Shown piece by piece: positions 13,460-24,879 of a stretch of DNA of 64,000 nucleotides. Location: NCBI RefSeq assembly GCF_963921235.1, contig NC_086097.1, forward strand, positions 45,572,001 through 45,636,000. Direction: 5' to 3'. This DNA is from Mobula hypostoma (lineage: Eukaryota). Positions within the stretch are counted from its first letter, which is position 1. Every line of letters begins with the position of its first letter. Below the pieces are notes generated by a model that was not told the origin of the DNA, did not search any database, and saw only the letters and a list, made by a program, of their open reading frames with translations. The position numbers were made by a program, and so were the translations under genes.

Positions 13460-14928
13460 AAGTAGGTAAAGATGGAATACGTAAGTAAGCTAGCTGCTAA
13501 TATTGAGGAGATACCAACAATTTCTTCAGATACATAAACTAAAAAAGAGACGAGAATAGGTATTGAAGACTGGAGAACAATGCTGGAGAGGTAGCAATGA
13601 GGACAGCGAAATAGTGGATGAACTGAATTAAGTATTTTGCATCACTGTGGAAGACAGTAGCAGTATTTTGGAAGTTCCAGATGTCTGGGGTCACCTCTAG
13701 GGAAGAAGGTTCTTGAGAAACTGGAAGGTCTGAAGGTAGGTAATTCACTTGGACCAGATGGTGTACACTCCAGAGTTCTGAGCGAAGTGGCTGACGTGAT
13801 TGTGGAGGCATTAGTAATGATCTTTCAAGAATCACTAGATTCTGGAATGGTTTCAGAAGACTGGAAAATTACTCCACTCTTCAAGAAGGGAGAGAGGCAG
13901 AAGAAAGGAAACTATAGATGAGTTAGTGTGACCTCAGTGGTTGGGAAGATGTTGGAGTCAATTATTAACGATGGAGTCTTTGGGTACTTAGAGGCACATG
14001 ATAAAATAGGCTGTAGTCAGCATGGTTTTTTTCCAAGGGAAAATCTTGCCTGACAAACCTGTTGGAATTCTTTGAACAAGCAGGATAGACGAAGGAGAAT
14101 CAATTGATGTTGTGTACTTGGATTTTCAGAAGGACTTTGACAAGGTGTCTCAAATGAGGCTACTTAACAAGCTTTGATCCCGTGGTATTACAGGGAAGAT
14201 TGTAGCATGGATAAAGCAGTGGCCGATGGGCAGGTGGCAAAGAGTGAGAATGAAGGAAGTGATTTCTGCTGGCTGCTGATGACTAGTGGTGTACAACAGG
14301 GGTCTGTGTTGGGACTGATTCTTTTTGCATTATATGTCAAAGATTTGGATGATGGAATTGATGGCTTTGTTGCAAAGTTTGCAGGTGATATGAAGATATG
14401 TGGAGGGGCAGGTAGTTTTGAGGAAGTGGAAATAAGGAGGGTATAGAAGGACTTATATTAGGAGAATTGGCAAAGAAGTAGCAGATGGAATACAGTGTCG
14501 GGAAGTGTATGGTCATGCACTTTGGTAGGAGAAATGAGAAGGTTGACTATTTTGTAAATGGAGAGGAATACAAAAAAATGAAGCACAAAGGGACTTGGGA
14601 AGTTATTGTGCAGTATTCCGTAAAGGTTATTTTGCAAGTTGAGTCTGTGGTGAGGAAGGCAAGTTAGCTTTCATCTCAAGAGGACTAAATATAAAAGCAA
14701 GGATGTATTGTTGAGACTTTATAAAGCATTAGTGAGGCCTGTCTTGGTGAACTGCGAGCAGTTATTGGCCCCTTATCTTGGAAAGGATGTGCTGAAACTG
14801 GAGGGGGCTCAAAGGGGGTTCACAAAAATGATTCCAGGATTGAATGGCTTGTCATATGAAGAGCTTTTGATGGCACTGGGCCTGTATTTTCTGGAATTCA
14901 GAAGAATGAGTTCTGACCTCCTTGAAAC
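13460..14928 (+). mobile_element. Old degenerate CR1 ORF2, 5' part (resumes at 24553-24830)
   Basis: TSGVQQGSVLG, AKFAGDMKI and LYKALVRP motifs. Breaks at ...GACCTCCTTGAAAC and resumes after the young CR1. Confidence 0.8.
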
Positions 14929-15500
14929 AGAGTCCCTGTTCCGGCACAGAGTCTGGCCCTGTAGCTCAGAAGGGTAGGGCAAGGAAGAGGAGGGCAGTTG
15001 TGATAGGGGACTCGATAGTAAGGGGGTCAGATAGGCGATTCTGTAGACGCAGTCCAGAGACCCAGATGGTAGTTTGCCTCCCTGGTGCCAGGGTTCGGGA
15101 TATTTCTGATCGTGTCCAAGATATCCTGAAGTGGGAGGGTGAGGAGCCAGAGGTCGTGGTACATATAGGTACCAATGACATAGGTAGGAAAAGGGATGAG
15201 GTCCTGAAAGGAGAATATAGGGAGCTAGGAAGGGAGTTGAGAAAAGGGACCGCAAAGGTAGTAATCTCGGGATTACTGCCTGTGCCACGCGACAGTGAGA
15301 GTAGGAATGCGATGAGGTGGAGGATAAATGCGTGGCTGAGGGATTGGAGCAGGGGGCAGAGATTCAAGTTTTTGGATCATTGGGACCTCTTTTGGCGCAG
15401 GCGTGACCTGTACAAAAAGGACGGGTTACACTTGAATCCTAGGGGGACCAATATCCTGGCAGGGAGATTAGCGAGGGCTACTGAGATGACTTTAAACTAG
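14929..15500 (+). CDS. CR1 ORF1 C-terminal SGNH/GDSL esterase domain (5'-truncated)
   Basis: VVIGDSIVRG, CLPGAR, VVHIGTND and DGLHLN blocks, typical of esterase-type CR1 ORF1. Confidence 0.85.
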
Positions 15501-16795
15501 AATGGTTGGGGGGTGGGAATCAAATTAAAGAGGCTAGGCGTGAGGAGGTTAGTTCACAACAGGGGGATGGGAACCAGTGCAGAGAGACAGTGGGGTGTAA
15601 AGTGAAGGTAGAAGCAAAAAATACTAAGGAGAAAAGTAAAAGTGGCAGGTCGACAAATCAAGCGCAAGCATTAAAAAGGGCCACTTTTCAACATAATTGT
15701 ATAAGGGCTAAGAGAGTTGTAAAAGAGCGCCTGAAGGCTTTGTGTGTCAATGCAAGGAGCATTCGTAATAAGGTGGATGAATTGAAAGTGCAGATTGTTA
15801 TTAATGATTATGATATAGTTGGGATCACAGAGACATGGCTCCAGGGTGACCAAGGATGGGAGCTCAGCGTTCAGGGATATTCAATATTCGGGAGGGATAG
15901 ACATGAAGGAAGGGGAGGTGGGGTGGCGTTGCTGGTTAAAGAAGAGATTAACGCAATAGAAAGGAAGGACATAAGCCGGGAAGATGTGGAATCGATATGG
16001 GTAGAGCTGCGTAACACTAAGGGGCAGAAGACGCTGGTGGGAGTTGTGTACAGGCCACCTAACAGTAGTAGTGAGGTCGGAGATGGTATTAAACAGGAAA
16101 TTAGAAATGTGTGCAATAAAGGAACAGCAGTTATAATGGGTGACTTCAATCTACATGTAGATTGGGTGAACCAAATTGGTAAAGGTGCTGAGGAAGAGGA
16201 TTTCTTCGAATATATGCGGGATGGTTTTTTGAACCAACATGTCGAGGAACCAACTAGAGAGCAGGCTATTCTGGACTGGGTTTTGAGCAATGAGGAAGGG
16301 TTAATTAGCAATCTTGTCGTGAGAGGCCCCTTGGGTAAGAGTGACCATAATATGGTGGAATTCTTCATTAAGATGGAGAATGACATAGTTAATTCAGAAA
16401 CAAAGGTTCTGAACTTAAAGAGGGGTAACTTTGTTCTTTCTTTCTTTTTAAATCTTTTTATTGAGTAAGTATACAAAAAAGGTAAGCCATATAAACATTA
16501 ATACAATGTTAAAGTACAATAAAATTCCAAAAGATAACAATACCAAAAAGAAAATACTACAAACAATGTAATTTAAGCATAAGAAACCAAGATAACATAA
16601 TAGTATACTAGATTTTATATATATCAATGGAAAAAAAAGAAAAAAAAACCCCCCAAAAAAAAACCCACCGTGCAACTACCTAAAAGCAAAGCAAAGCAAT
16701 GGGCTAACTTGAAACCAAACAGAGTTAAACTTAAAATCACGTCCTCAATCCCGACCTCCATTAAAACAGTGAAAAAAAAACAAGAAGGGTAAATA

Positions 16796-19700
16796 TTACA
16801 TTAAATGAAAATATCGAATAAAAGGTCCCCAAATCTGTTCAAATTTAAATGAAGAATCATAAAGGTTACTTCTAATTTTCTCCAGATTCAAACATAAAAT
16901 CGTCTGAGAAAACCAAAAAAAGGTAGTTGGAGCATTAAGCTCTTTCCAATGTTGTAAAATACATCTTTTCGCCATTAAAGTAAGAAATGCAATCATTCTA
17001 CGGGCTGAAGGGGAAAGATTACTAGAAATTTTAGGTAGTCCAAAGATAGCAGTAATAGGGTGAGGAGAGATATCTATATTTAATACCTTAGAAATAATAT
17101 TGAAAATATCTCTCCAAAAAGTTTCCAAAGTAGGGCAAGACCAAAACATATGAGTTAAAGAGGCTATCTGCCCCGAACATCTATCACAGAAAGGATTAAT
17201 ATGCGAGTAAAAACGCGCTAACTTATCTTTGGACATATGTGCTCTATGAACCACTTTAAATTGAATTAGGGAATGTTTAGCACAAATAGAGGAAGTATTA
17301 ACTAATTGTAAAATCTGCCCCCAATCATCCACAGAAATGGTAAGCCCCAATTCCTGTTCCCAATCTACCCTAATCTTATCAAATGGAGCTTTCCTAAGTT
17401 TCATAATAATATTATAAATCATAGCCGATGCACCTTTCTGACATGGATTAAGGTTAATTATCGAATCTAAAATATATATAGGAGGAAGCATTGGAAAGGA
17501 AGAAAGTATAGTACTTAGGAAATTTCTAACTTGTAAATATCTAAAAAAATGTATTCTTGATAAGTTATATTTATTAGATAATTGTTCAAAAGACATAAGG
17601 GAACCATCTAAAAATAAATCCAAAAACCGTAAAATACCCTTAGTCTTCCAAGTTTGAAAAGCGCGATCCGTAAAAGAGGGAGGAAAAAATATGTTGCCTA
17701 AAATAGGAATCGCTAACCCGAATTGATTAAGATCAAAAAATTTTCTGAATTGAAACCAAATGCGCAAAGCATATTTAACTATCGGGTTAGAGACCTGCTT
17801 AAGGCGTTTCGAATCAAAAGGAAGAGAGGAACCTAAAATAGAACCAAGTGTATAACCCTGAACAGATTGTAATTCCAATGCTACCCATTTAGGAATAGAT
17901 AGTATGTCCCGGTCAAGTAACCAAAATTTCATATGTCGAATATTAATAGCCCAATAATAAAATCTAAAGTTAGGTAATGCTAAACCTCCATCTCTCTTAG
18001 CTTTCTGTAAATGTATTTTACCCAGTCTCGGATTCTTATTCTGCCAAATAAATGAAGAAATTTTAGAGTCAACTTTATCAAAAAAAGATTTAGGAACGAA
18101 AATTGGTAATGCCTGAAACACATATAAAAATTTTGGCAAAAAAAACATCTTAACTGCATTAATACGACCAATCAAAGTTAAATATAAGGGAAACCATTTA
18201 GATGAAAGTTGAGTAATATGGTCTATTAATGGTAAAAAGTTAGTCTTAAATAAATCTTTATGTTTACAAGTAATTTTAATCCCAAGATATGAAAAGTAAT
18301 TATTAATCAATTTAAATGGAAATTTATAATTTAAGGGAAGATGTTTATTAATCGGAAAAAGTTCACTCTTACTAAGATTTAATTTATAACCTGAGAAAAG
18401 ACCAAATTGTGCTAATAACTCTAAAACAGCAGGAATGGATCTCTCAGGATTAGAAATATATAAAAGTAAATCATCAGCATAGAGTGATAATTTATGGGAC
18501 TTTAATCCCCGAGTTATCCCAGTAATATTTGAAGATTCTCGAATAGCAATTGCAAGAGCTTCTAATGCAATATCAAATAATAGGGGACTAAGAGGACAGC
18601 CTTGTCGAGTACCACGAAAGAGAGGAAAAAAAGGTGAGTTTAAGGAGTTAGTACGAACCGAGGCTACAGGGGAGTGATATAACAGTTTAATCCAGGATAT
18701 AAATTTCAAGCTAAAATTAAACATTTCAAGCACCTTAAATAAATAAGGCCATTCTACTCTATCAAAAGCTTTCTCGGCATCTAAAGAAATAACACACTCA
18801 GGAACATTTTGTGAGGGAGTATAAACGATATTTAACAATGTACGAATATTATAAAAAGAGTAACGACCTTTAATAAAACCCGTTTGGTCTTCCGAAATAA
18901 TAGAAGGAAGTACTTTTTCTAGTCTATTTGCTAATAACTTAGAAAAAACTTTAGAATCAACATTTAATAAAGATATTGGTCTATAAGATGCACATTGAGC
19001 AGGGTCTTTATCCTTCTTTAGTATTAAAGAAATTGATGCTCTATTAAAAGATTCCGGAAGTTTACCAAGTTTCAAAGAAGCCTCAAAAACCTTATAGAGC
19101 CAAGGAATCAATAAAGAAGCAAAACATTTATAAAATTCAACGGTAAACCCATCAGGGCCAGGAGCTTTCCCCAGATTCATAGAAAAAATAACATTCTTAA
19201 TCTCATCCATTGTAATGGAAGTATCTAATAAAGAAGACATATCCTGTGAAATCTGAGGGAAGTCTAACTTATCTAAAAAATCATTCATATATTTAGAATC
19301 TCGAGGAGACTCTGATTGATATAAAGAAGAATAAAAATCACAAAAGGTTTGATTAATCCCCACATGATCCAATATCAATCGATCATTTTGGTTATAAATC
19401 TGATTGATTTGAGATTTAACATAATTAGATTTCAATTGATTAGCCAGCAGCTTGCCAATTTTATCACTGTGAACATAAAAATCACTTCTTGTTTTCTTTA
19501 ATTGGTTTACAATCGAGGACGAGAGTAGTAAACTGTGTTCCATTTGAAGTTCAGTTCTTTGTTTGTATAGCTCCTCAGAAGGAGCCATAACATATTTCTT
19601 ATCAATTTCTTTAATCTTGTCCACAATTGCCATCTCCTCCTGCTTCTGTTTCTTCCTCAAAGCAACGGAATACGAAATAATCTGACCCCGAATATAGGCT

Positions 19701-20572
19701 TTAAAAGTGTCCCAAAGAGTGTTAACCGAAATATCTTCTGTATGGTTAATTGTAAAAAAAAGCTCAATCTGTTCATTCATAAAATTAACAAAGTCCGAGT
19801 CCTGAAGCAACAGCGAATTAAAACGCCATTGTCTATTGTTTGGTATATTGGCCATAATTTTAATAGAAAGCTTAAGTGGAGCATGATCCGAAATGGTTAT
19901 AGAATCATAATCACATTTAATCACTGAAGGAATGAGACGAGAATCAATGAAAAAATAATCAATTCTTGAATAGGAATGATGAACATGTGAAAAGAAGGAA
20001 AAATCTTTTTCCTGAGGATGCAGAAAACGCCAAATGTCCGTCGACCCAGAATCAGAAAGGAAAAAATTAATCAAATTTGCAGATTTATTAGGTAAAGTCC
20101 GTAAAGGAGCCGAACGGTCCAAAGCTGGAGATAAACAGGTATTAAGATCTCCGCCCCAAATCAATGAAAACTCGTTCAAATTCGGAAACTGATCAAACAA
20201 TGATTTATAAAATTCCGGACAATCCATATTAGGAGCATAAACATTAACCAAAACTACTTTTTTATTAAATAGTAAACCACTAACCAGTAAAAATCTACCA
20301 TTCGGATCAGAGATAATATCCTGTTGTATAAAAGTAACTGAGGAGTCTATAAAAATAGAGACGCCTCGAATCTTAGCATTGGAGTTCGAATGAAATTGTT
20401 GTCCCTTCCAGAATTTGAAAAAACGTAGTCTGTCCCCCCTCCGTACATGGGTCTCTTGTAAAAATAAAATTTGTGCTTTAAGTCTCCGGAACACTTTAAA
20501 AACTTTTTTCCTTTTAATAGGATGATTAAGACCATTAGTATTCCAGGAGACAAAATTAATAATAGACTCCAT
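16796..20572 (-). CDS. L1 ORF2p (APE endonuclease, RT, CCHC), 1258 aa from first ATG
   Basis: SWNTNGL, LQETH, GGDLN, SRIDY, SDHAP; KAPGPDG, YRPISLLN, LDAEKAFDRV, RQGCPLSP, LYADD; CDRC...HMFWSC. No stops. Confidence 0.95.
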   Translation of the reverse strand: MESIINFVSWNTNGLNHPIKRKKVFKVFRRLKAQILFLQETHVRRGDRLRFFKFWKGQQFHSNSNAKIRGVSIFIDSSVTFIQQDIISDPNGRFLLVSGLLFNKKVVLVNVYAPNMDCPEFYKSLFDQFPNLNEFSLIWGGDLNTCLSPALDRSAPLRTLPNKSANLINFFLSDSGSTDIWRFLHPQEKDFSFFSHVHHSYSRIDYFFIDSRLIPSVIKCDYDSITISDHAPLKLSIKIMANIPNNRQWRFNSLLLQDSDFVNFMNEQIELFFTINHTEDISVNTLWDTFKAYIRGQIISYSVALRKKQKQEEMAIVDKIKEIDKKYVMAPSEELYKQRTELQMEHSLLLSSSIVNQLKKTRSDFYVHSDKIGKLLANQLKSNYVKSQINQIYNQNDRLILDHVGINQTFCDFYSSLYQSESPRDSKYMNDFLDKLDFPQISQDMSSLLDTSITMDEIKNVIFSMNLGKAPGPDGFTVEFYKCFASLLIPWLYKVFEASLKLGKLPESFNRASISLILKKDKDPAQCASYRPISLLNVDSKVFSKLLANRLEKVLPSIISEDQTGFIKGRYSFYNIRTLLNIVYTPSQNVPECVISLDAEKAFDRVEWPYLFKVLEMFNFSLKFISWIKLLYHSPVASVRTNSLNSPFFPLFRGTRQGCPLSPLLFDIALEALAIAIRESSNITGITRGLKSHKLSLYADDLLLYISNPERSIPAVLELLAQFGLFSGYKLNLSKSELFPINKHLPLNYKFPFKLINNYFSYLGIKITCKHKDLFKTNFLPLIDHITQLSSKWFPLYLTLIGRINAVKMFFLPKFLYVFQALPIFVPKSFFDKVDSKISSFIWQNKNPRLGKIHLQKAKRDGGLALPNFRFYYWAINIRHMKFWLLDRDILSIPKWVALELQSVQGYTLGSILGSSLPFDSKRLKQVSNPIVKYALRIWFQFRKFFDLNQFGLAIPILGNIFFPPSFTDRAFQTWKTKGILRFLDLFLDGSLMSFEQLSNKYNLSRIHFFRYLQVRNFLSTILSSFPMLPPIYILDSIINLNPCQKGASAMIYNIIMKLRKAPFDKIRVDWEQELGLTISVDDWGQILQLVNTSSICAKHSLIQFKVVHRAHMSKDKLARFYSHINPFCDRCSGQIASLTHMFWSCPTLETFWRDIFNIISKVLNIDISPHPITAIFGLPKISSNLSPSARRMIAFLTLMAKRCILQHWKELNAPTTFFWFSQTILCLNLEKIRSNLYDSSFKFEQIWGPFIRYFHLM

Positions 20573-21295
20573 AAATCCTAAAGTCAACCCATAACAAGGA
20601 GGATTGACAATAGGCGCGACCCACAAACCCGGAGAGGAAACAGAACATACAAAAGATACCGGGGAAAAGGACGCAACCAATACTTCAATAATGTATATAG
20701 CCCAAAGAGAAACAAACTAAAACGTGAAGCCCCTCCCACCACCCCCCACCCCAAGACCCCAAGGCGAAATCTAAAGCAGACCCGCCAGAAAGAAGCAAGC
20801 GCTAAAACTACCCCCATGACTTCCGGTATACGCTCCCTAAAAAAAAGGTATAAATATGAAAAAGGTCAGCTAATTGTAAAACAGTAAAAAAATAAGTAAA
20901 AAAAAAGTTAGCTCAATTAAAATACACACAGAACAGAACAAAAGCCGGAAAGTATATATTAAAAAAAAACCACAATAAACCTCAAACTCATGAATAGACA
21001 CAGCAACAAAAAAAAATAGGATTATTAACATAAAATGATTATAAAAAGCAAAACAGAATAAAATTTAAAAAAAACTACAAAATTTAAGGCCGCACAGGAA
21101 ATACGTAAGATGACAAAAGGGAAGTAACCACTCAGAATCCCCTGGGAAAAGAAAGAAATGACGCAGTTAAAAAGAAAGTTTAGCAGCCATATTAAGAAAT
21201 CGAAAGTAAACTTTTCTGCCCAAATAGGGCACAGAAAAGTTAAAACCAACCAATTCACAGCCTCCGATCAACGGAGAAAATTTAAAAAAAGGCAA

Positions 21296-22195
21296 TTAAG
21301 ATGTTGAAGATGAAAGTTGATCCAGATAACTCTGGGCATCCGATGGAGAATCAAAAAAACGAAGGGCTCCATCTAACATGCGAATCCTTAGACGTGCAGG
21401 GTACAGCAGCGCTGGTCTTAAATCCATCTTATAGAATTCCGACATCACGGATCTGTAACGGACCCGTTGGTCCCAGATTGGTTTACTGAAATCTTCCACG
21501 AATCGGAACTTAAGATCCGAAAAATCAATGAAACCTTTAGATCGAGCGAATCGAAACAGTCTCTCCTTGTCTTGAAAGTAATGAAAACGTAAGATAACAT
21601 GCCTCGGTCTATCTGACCTAGACGAGTATGATGGGATTCTGTGAACACGATCCAGTAGCGGTGGTTGGTCAGGAAATACAGTAGGGAATGCATCTTTTAA
21701 AAGTTGGGAGAAATATTTCATAGGGTTGTTAGCTTCCACGGCTTCCCTGACGCCAATCATTCGTAAATTCTGCCGTCGCATTCTAGATTCCAAGTCAGAG
21801 TTTTTAAAAGTCAAAAAGTCAAGTTTCTTCTTCATTACATTAATTGTTTCTTCGACTTTCCCCATCTTAAGCTCACTTTGTTGCGCGGATTTTTGAAGAT
21901 CAGATATAGCCGACTGATGTTCCGCAATACATGTTTGCATCTTATCAATTAAATCGGCAATTTTCTGGAACTTAGTTGAGATTTCCGTATGAATCAGGTC
22001 TTTAACAAAGCCCATAATTTCTGTACGAATCATCTCCCTAACAGAGGTTGAAATTTCCCTCTGAATTAACTCCGATATCGCTTTCAAAGTCACCGGTGAT
22101 TCAGTCGGAGGGAGATCCGTAGCTTTCGGTTTAACCGGAGGTTTACCATCCTTGCCGTCTTTCCCGTTCTTAGACATAGCCGATCTCAGTATCAT
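21296..22195 (-). CDS. L1 ORF1p (coiled coil, RRM, CTD; 299 aa or less)
   Basis: DLESRMRRQNLRMIGVRE, LDRVHRI, PRHVILRFH, EDFS and LLYPARLRI motifs. Confidence 0.92.
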   Translation of the reverse strand: MILRSAMSKNGKDGKDGKPPVKPKATDLPPTESPVTLKAISELIQREISTSVREMIRTEIMGFVKDLIHTEISTKFQKIADLIDKMQTCIAEHQSAISDLQKSAQQSELKMGKVEETINVMKKKLDFLTFKNSDLESRMRRQNLRMIGVREAVEANNPMKYFSQLLKDAFPTVFPDQPPLLDRVHRIPSYSSRSDRPRHVILRFHYFQDKERLFRFARSKGFIDFSDLKFRFVEDFSKPIWDQRVRYRSVMSEFYKMDLRPALLYPARLRIRMLDGALRFFDSPSDAQSYLDQLSSSTS

Positions 22196-24879
22196 CCAAT
22201 TGTCAGAGAATTCAGTTTAATTCAAAGTATTGTAAAAATTGATGCCTTAATAGTTAATTAAAGTATAGCTGACCATAGAGAGAAAAAACTCAGAGGTAAT
22301 GGAGCGAGTCAAGAACGCGACTTCACTCCATGAGCGCTACCGGAAGTCCAGGGGTAACTTTGAAGGTATGAGACGTGAATTAGCTAAGATAGACTGGCAA
22401 ATGACACTTAAAGGATTGACGGTGGATATGCAATGGCAAGCATTTAAAGGTTGCATGGATGAACTACAACAATTGTTCATCCCAGTTTGGCAAAAGAATA
22501 AATCAAGGAAGGTAGTGCACCCGTGGCTGACAAGAGAAATTAGGGATAGTATCAATTCCAAAGAAGAAGCATACAAATTAGCCAGAGAAAGTGGCTCACC
22601 TGAGGACTGGGAGAAATTCAGAGTTCAGCAGAGGAGGACAAAGGGCTTAATTAGGAAGGGGAAAATAGATTATGAGAGAAAACTGGCAGGGAACATAAAA
22701 ACTGACTGTAAAAGCTTTTATAGATATGTAAAAAGGAAAAGACTGGTAAAGACAAATGTGGGTCCCCTACAGACAGAAACAGGTGAATTGATTATGGGGA
22801 GCAAGGACATGGCAGACCAATTGAATAATTACTTTGGTTCAGTCTTCACTAAGGAGGACATAAATAATCTCCCAGAAATAGTAGGGGACAGAGGGTCCAG
22901 TGAGATGGAGGAACTGAGTGAAATACATGTCAGTAGGGAAGTGGTGTTAGGTAAATTGAAGGGATTGAAGGCAGATAAATCCCCAGGGCCAGATTGTCTG
23001 CATCCTAGAGTGCTTAAGGAAGTAGCCCAAGAAATGGTGGATGCATTAGTGATAATTTTCCAAAACTCGTTAGATTCTGGACTAGTTCCTGAGGATTGGA
23101 GGGTGGCTAATGTAACCCCACTTTTTAAAAAAGGAGGGAGAGAGAAACCGGGGAATTATAGACCGGTTAGCCTAACATCGGTGGTGGGGAAACTGCTGGA
23201 GTCAGTTATCAAAGATGTGATAACAGCACATTTGGAAAGTGGTGAAATCATCGGACAAAGTCAGCATGGATTTGTGAAAGGAAAATCATGTCTGACGAAT
23301 CTCATAGAATTTTTTGAGGATGTAACTAGTAAAGTGGATAGGGGAGAACCAGTGGGTGTAGTATATTTGGATTTTCAAAAGGCTTTTGACAAGGTCCCAC
23401 ACAGGAGATTAGTGTGCAAACTTAAAGCACATGGTATTGGGGGTAAGGTATTGATGTGGTTAGAGAATTGGTTAGCAGACAGGAAGCAAAGAGTGGGAAT
23501 AAACGGGACCTTTTCAGAATGGCAGGCGGTGACTAGTGGGGTACCGCAAGGCTCAGTGCTGGGACCCCACTTGTTTACAATATATATTAATGACTTGGAT
23601 GATGGAATTAAATGCAGCATCTCCAAGTTTGCGGATGACACGAAGCTGGGTGGCAGTGTTAGCTGTGAGGAGGGTGCTAAGAGGATGCAGGGTGACTTGG
23701 ATAGGTTGGGTGAGTGGGCAAATTCATGGCAGATGCAATTTAATGTGGATAAATGTGAAGTTATCCACTTTGGTGGCAAAAATAGGAAAACAGATTATTA
23801 TCTGAATGGTGGCTGATTAGGAAAAGGGGAGGTGCAATGAGACCTGGGTGTCATTATACACCAGTCATTGAAAGTGGGCATGCAGGTACAGCAGGCGGTG
23901 AAAAAGGCGAATGGTATGCTGGCATTTATAGCGAGAGGATTCGAGTACAGGAGCAGGGAGGTACTACTGCAGTTGTACAAGGTGAGACCACACCTGGAGT
24001 ATTGTGTGCAGTTTTGGTCCCCTAATCTGAGGAAAGACAACCTTGCCATAGAGGGAGTACAAAGAAGGTTCACCAGATTGATTCCTGGGATGGCGGGACT
24101 TTCATATGAAGAAAGACTGGATGAACTGGGCTTGTACTCGTTGGAATTTAGAAGATTGAGGGGGGATCTGATTGAAACGTATAAAATCCTAAAGGGATTG
24201 GACAGGCTAGATGCAGGAAGATTGTTCCCGATGTTGGGGAAGTCCAGAACAAGCGGTCACAGTTTGAGGATAAAGGGGAAGCCTTTTAGGACCGAGATTA
24301 GGAAAAACTTCTTCACACAAAGAGTGGTGAATCTGTGGAATTCTCTGCCACAGGAAACAGTTGAGGCCAGTTCATTGGCTATATTTAAGAGGGAGTTAGA
24401 TATGGCCCTTGTGGCTACGGGGATCAGGGGGTATGGAGGGAAGGCTGGGGCGGGGTTCTGAGTTGGATGATCAGCCATGATCATAATAAATGGCGGTGCA
24501 GACTCGAAGGGCCGAATGGCCTACTCCTGCATCTATTTTCTATGTTTCTATGAAAGCTATTGATAGAGTGAATGTGGAGAGGATATTTCCTGTGGTGAGA
24601 GAGTTTAAGACCAGAGGACGCAGCCTCAGAATAGATGTGTGTCCTTTTGGAATGGAGATGAGGAGGAACTTCCTTAGCCAGAGAGTGGTGAATCTGAAAT
24701 TCTTCGCTGCAGGCAGCTGTGGAGGTCAAGGCTTTATGTGTATTTAAGGCAAAGGTTGTTAGATTTTTGATTGGTCAGGGCATGAAGGGATATGGGGAGA
24801 AGGCAGGAGATTGGGCCTGAGAGGAAAATTGGATGTTACGTTGTTATGTTAAGTGCTGTAATGTTCTGTGGTTCCATGT

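Larger units (their letters stand above)
16434..22349 (-). mobile_element. Full-length L1-clade LINE (5916 bp) with intact ORF1 and ORF2
   Basis: Perfect TSD AGGGGTAACTTTG (16421-16433 and 22350-22362). 5' end GGACTTCCGG; 3' end AATAAA followed by an (AAAG)n tail; two uninterrupted ORFs. Confidence 0.95.
15506..24461 (+). pseudogene. CR1 ORF2 (APE-RT) disrupted by L1 insertion and stops
   Basis: NARSIRNK, GITETW, MGDFN and SDHN; then [33 protein letters not shown] and FADDTK. TGA stops at 23814 and 23838, and a 6-nt deletion near 23981. Confidence 0.9.
14929..24552 (+). mobile_element. Young near-full-length CR1 LINE (partial ORF1 and ORF2), split by an L1
   Basis: Esterase ORF1, APE (15506-16433), RT (22363-24461) and (TTTCTATG)2 tail. 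The frame is continuous across the L1 TSD. Confidence 0.92.

Noticed and set aside
20573..20680. 36-codon N-terminal extension of L1 ORF2 in the ORF track
   Set aside because: Starts at a non-ATG codon. The APE domain begins right after the ATG at 20572 (MESIINFVSWN), the usual L1 arrangement.
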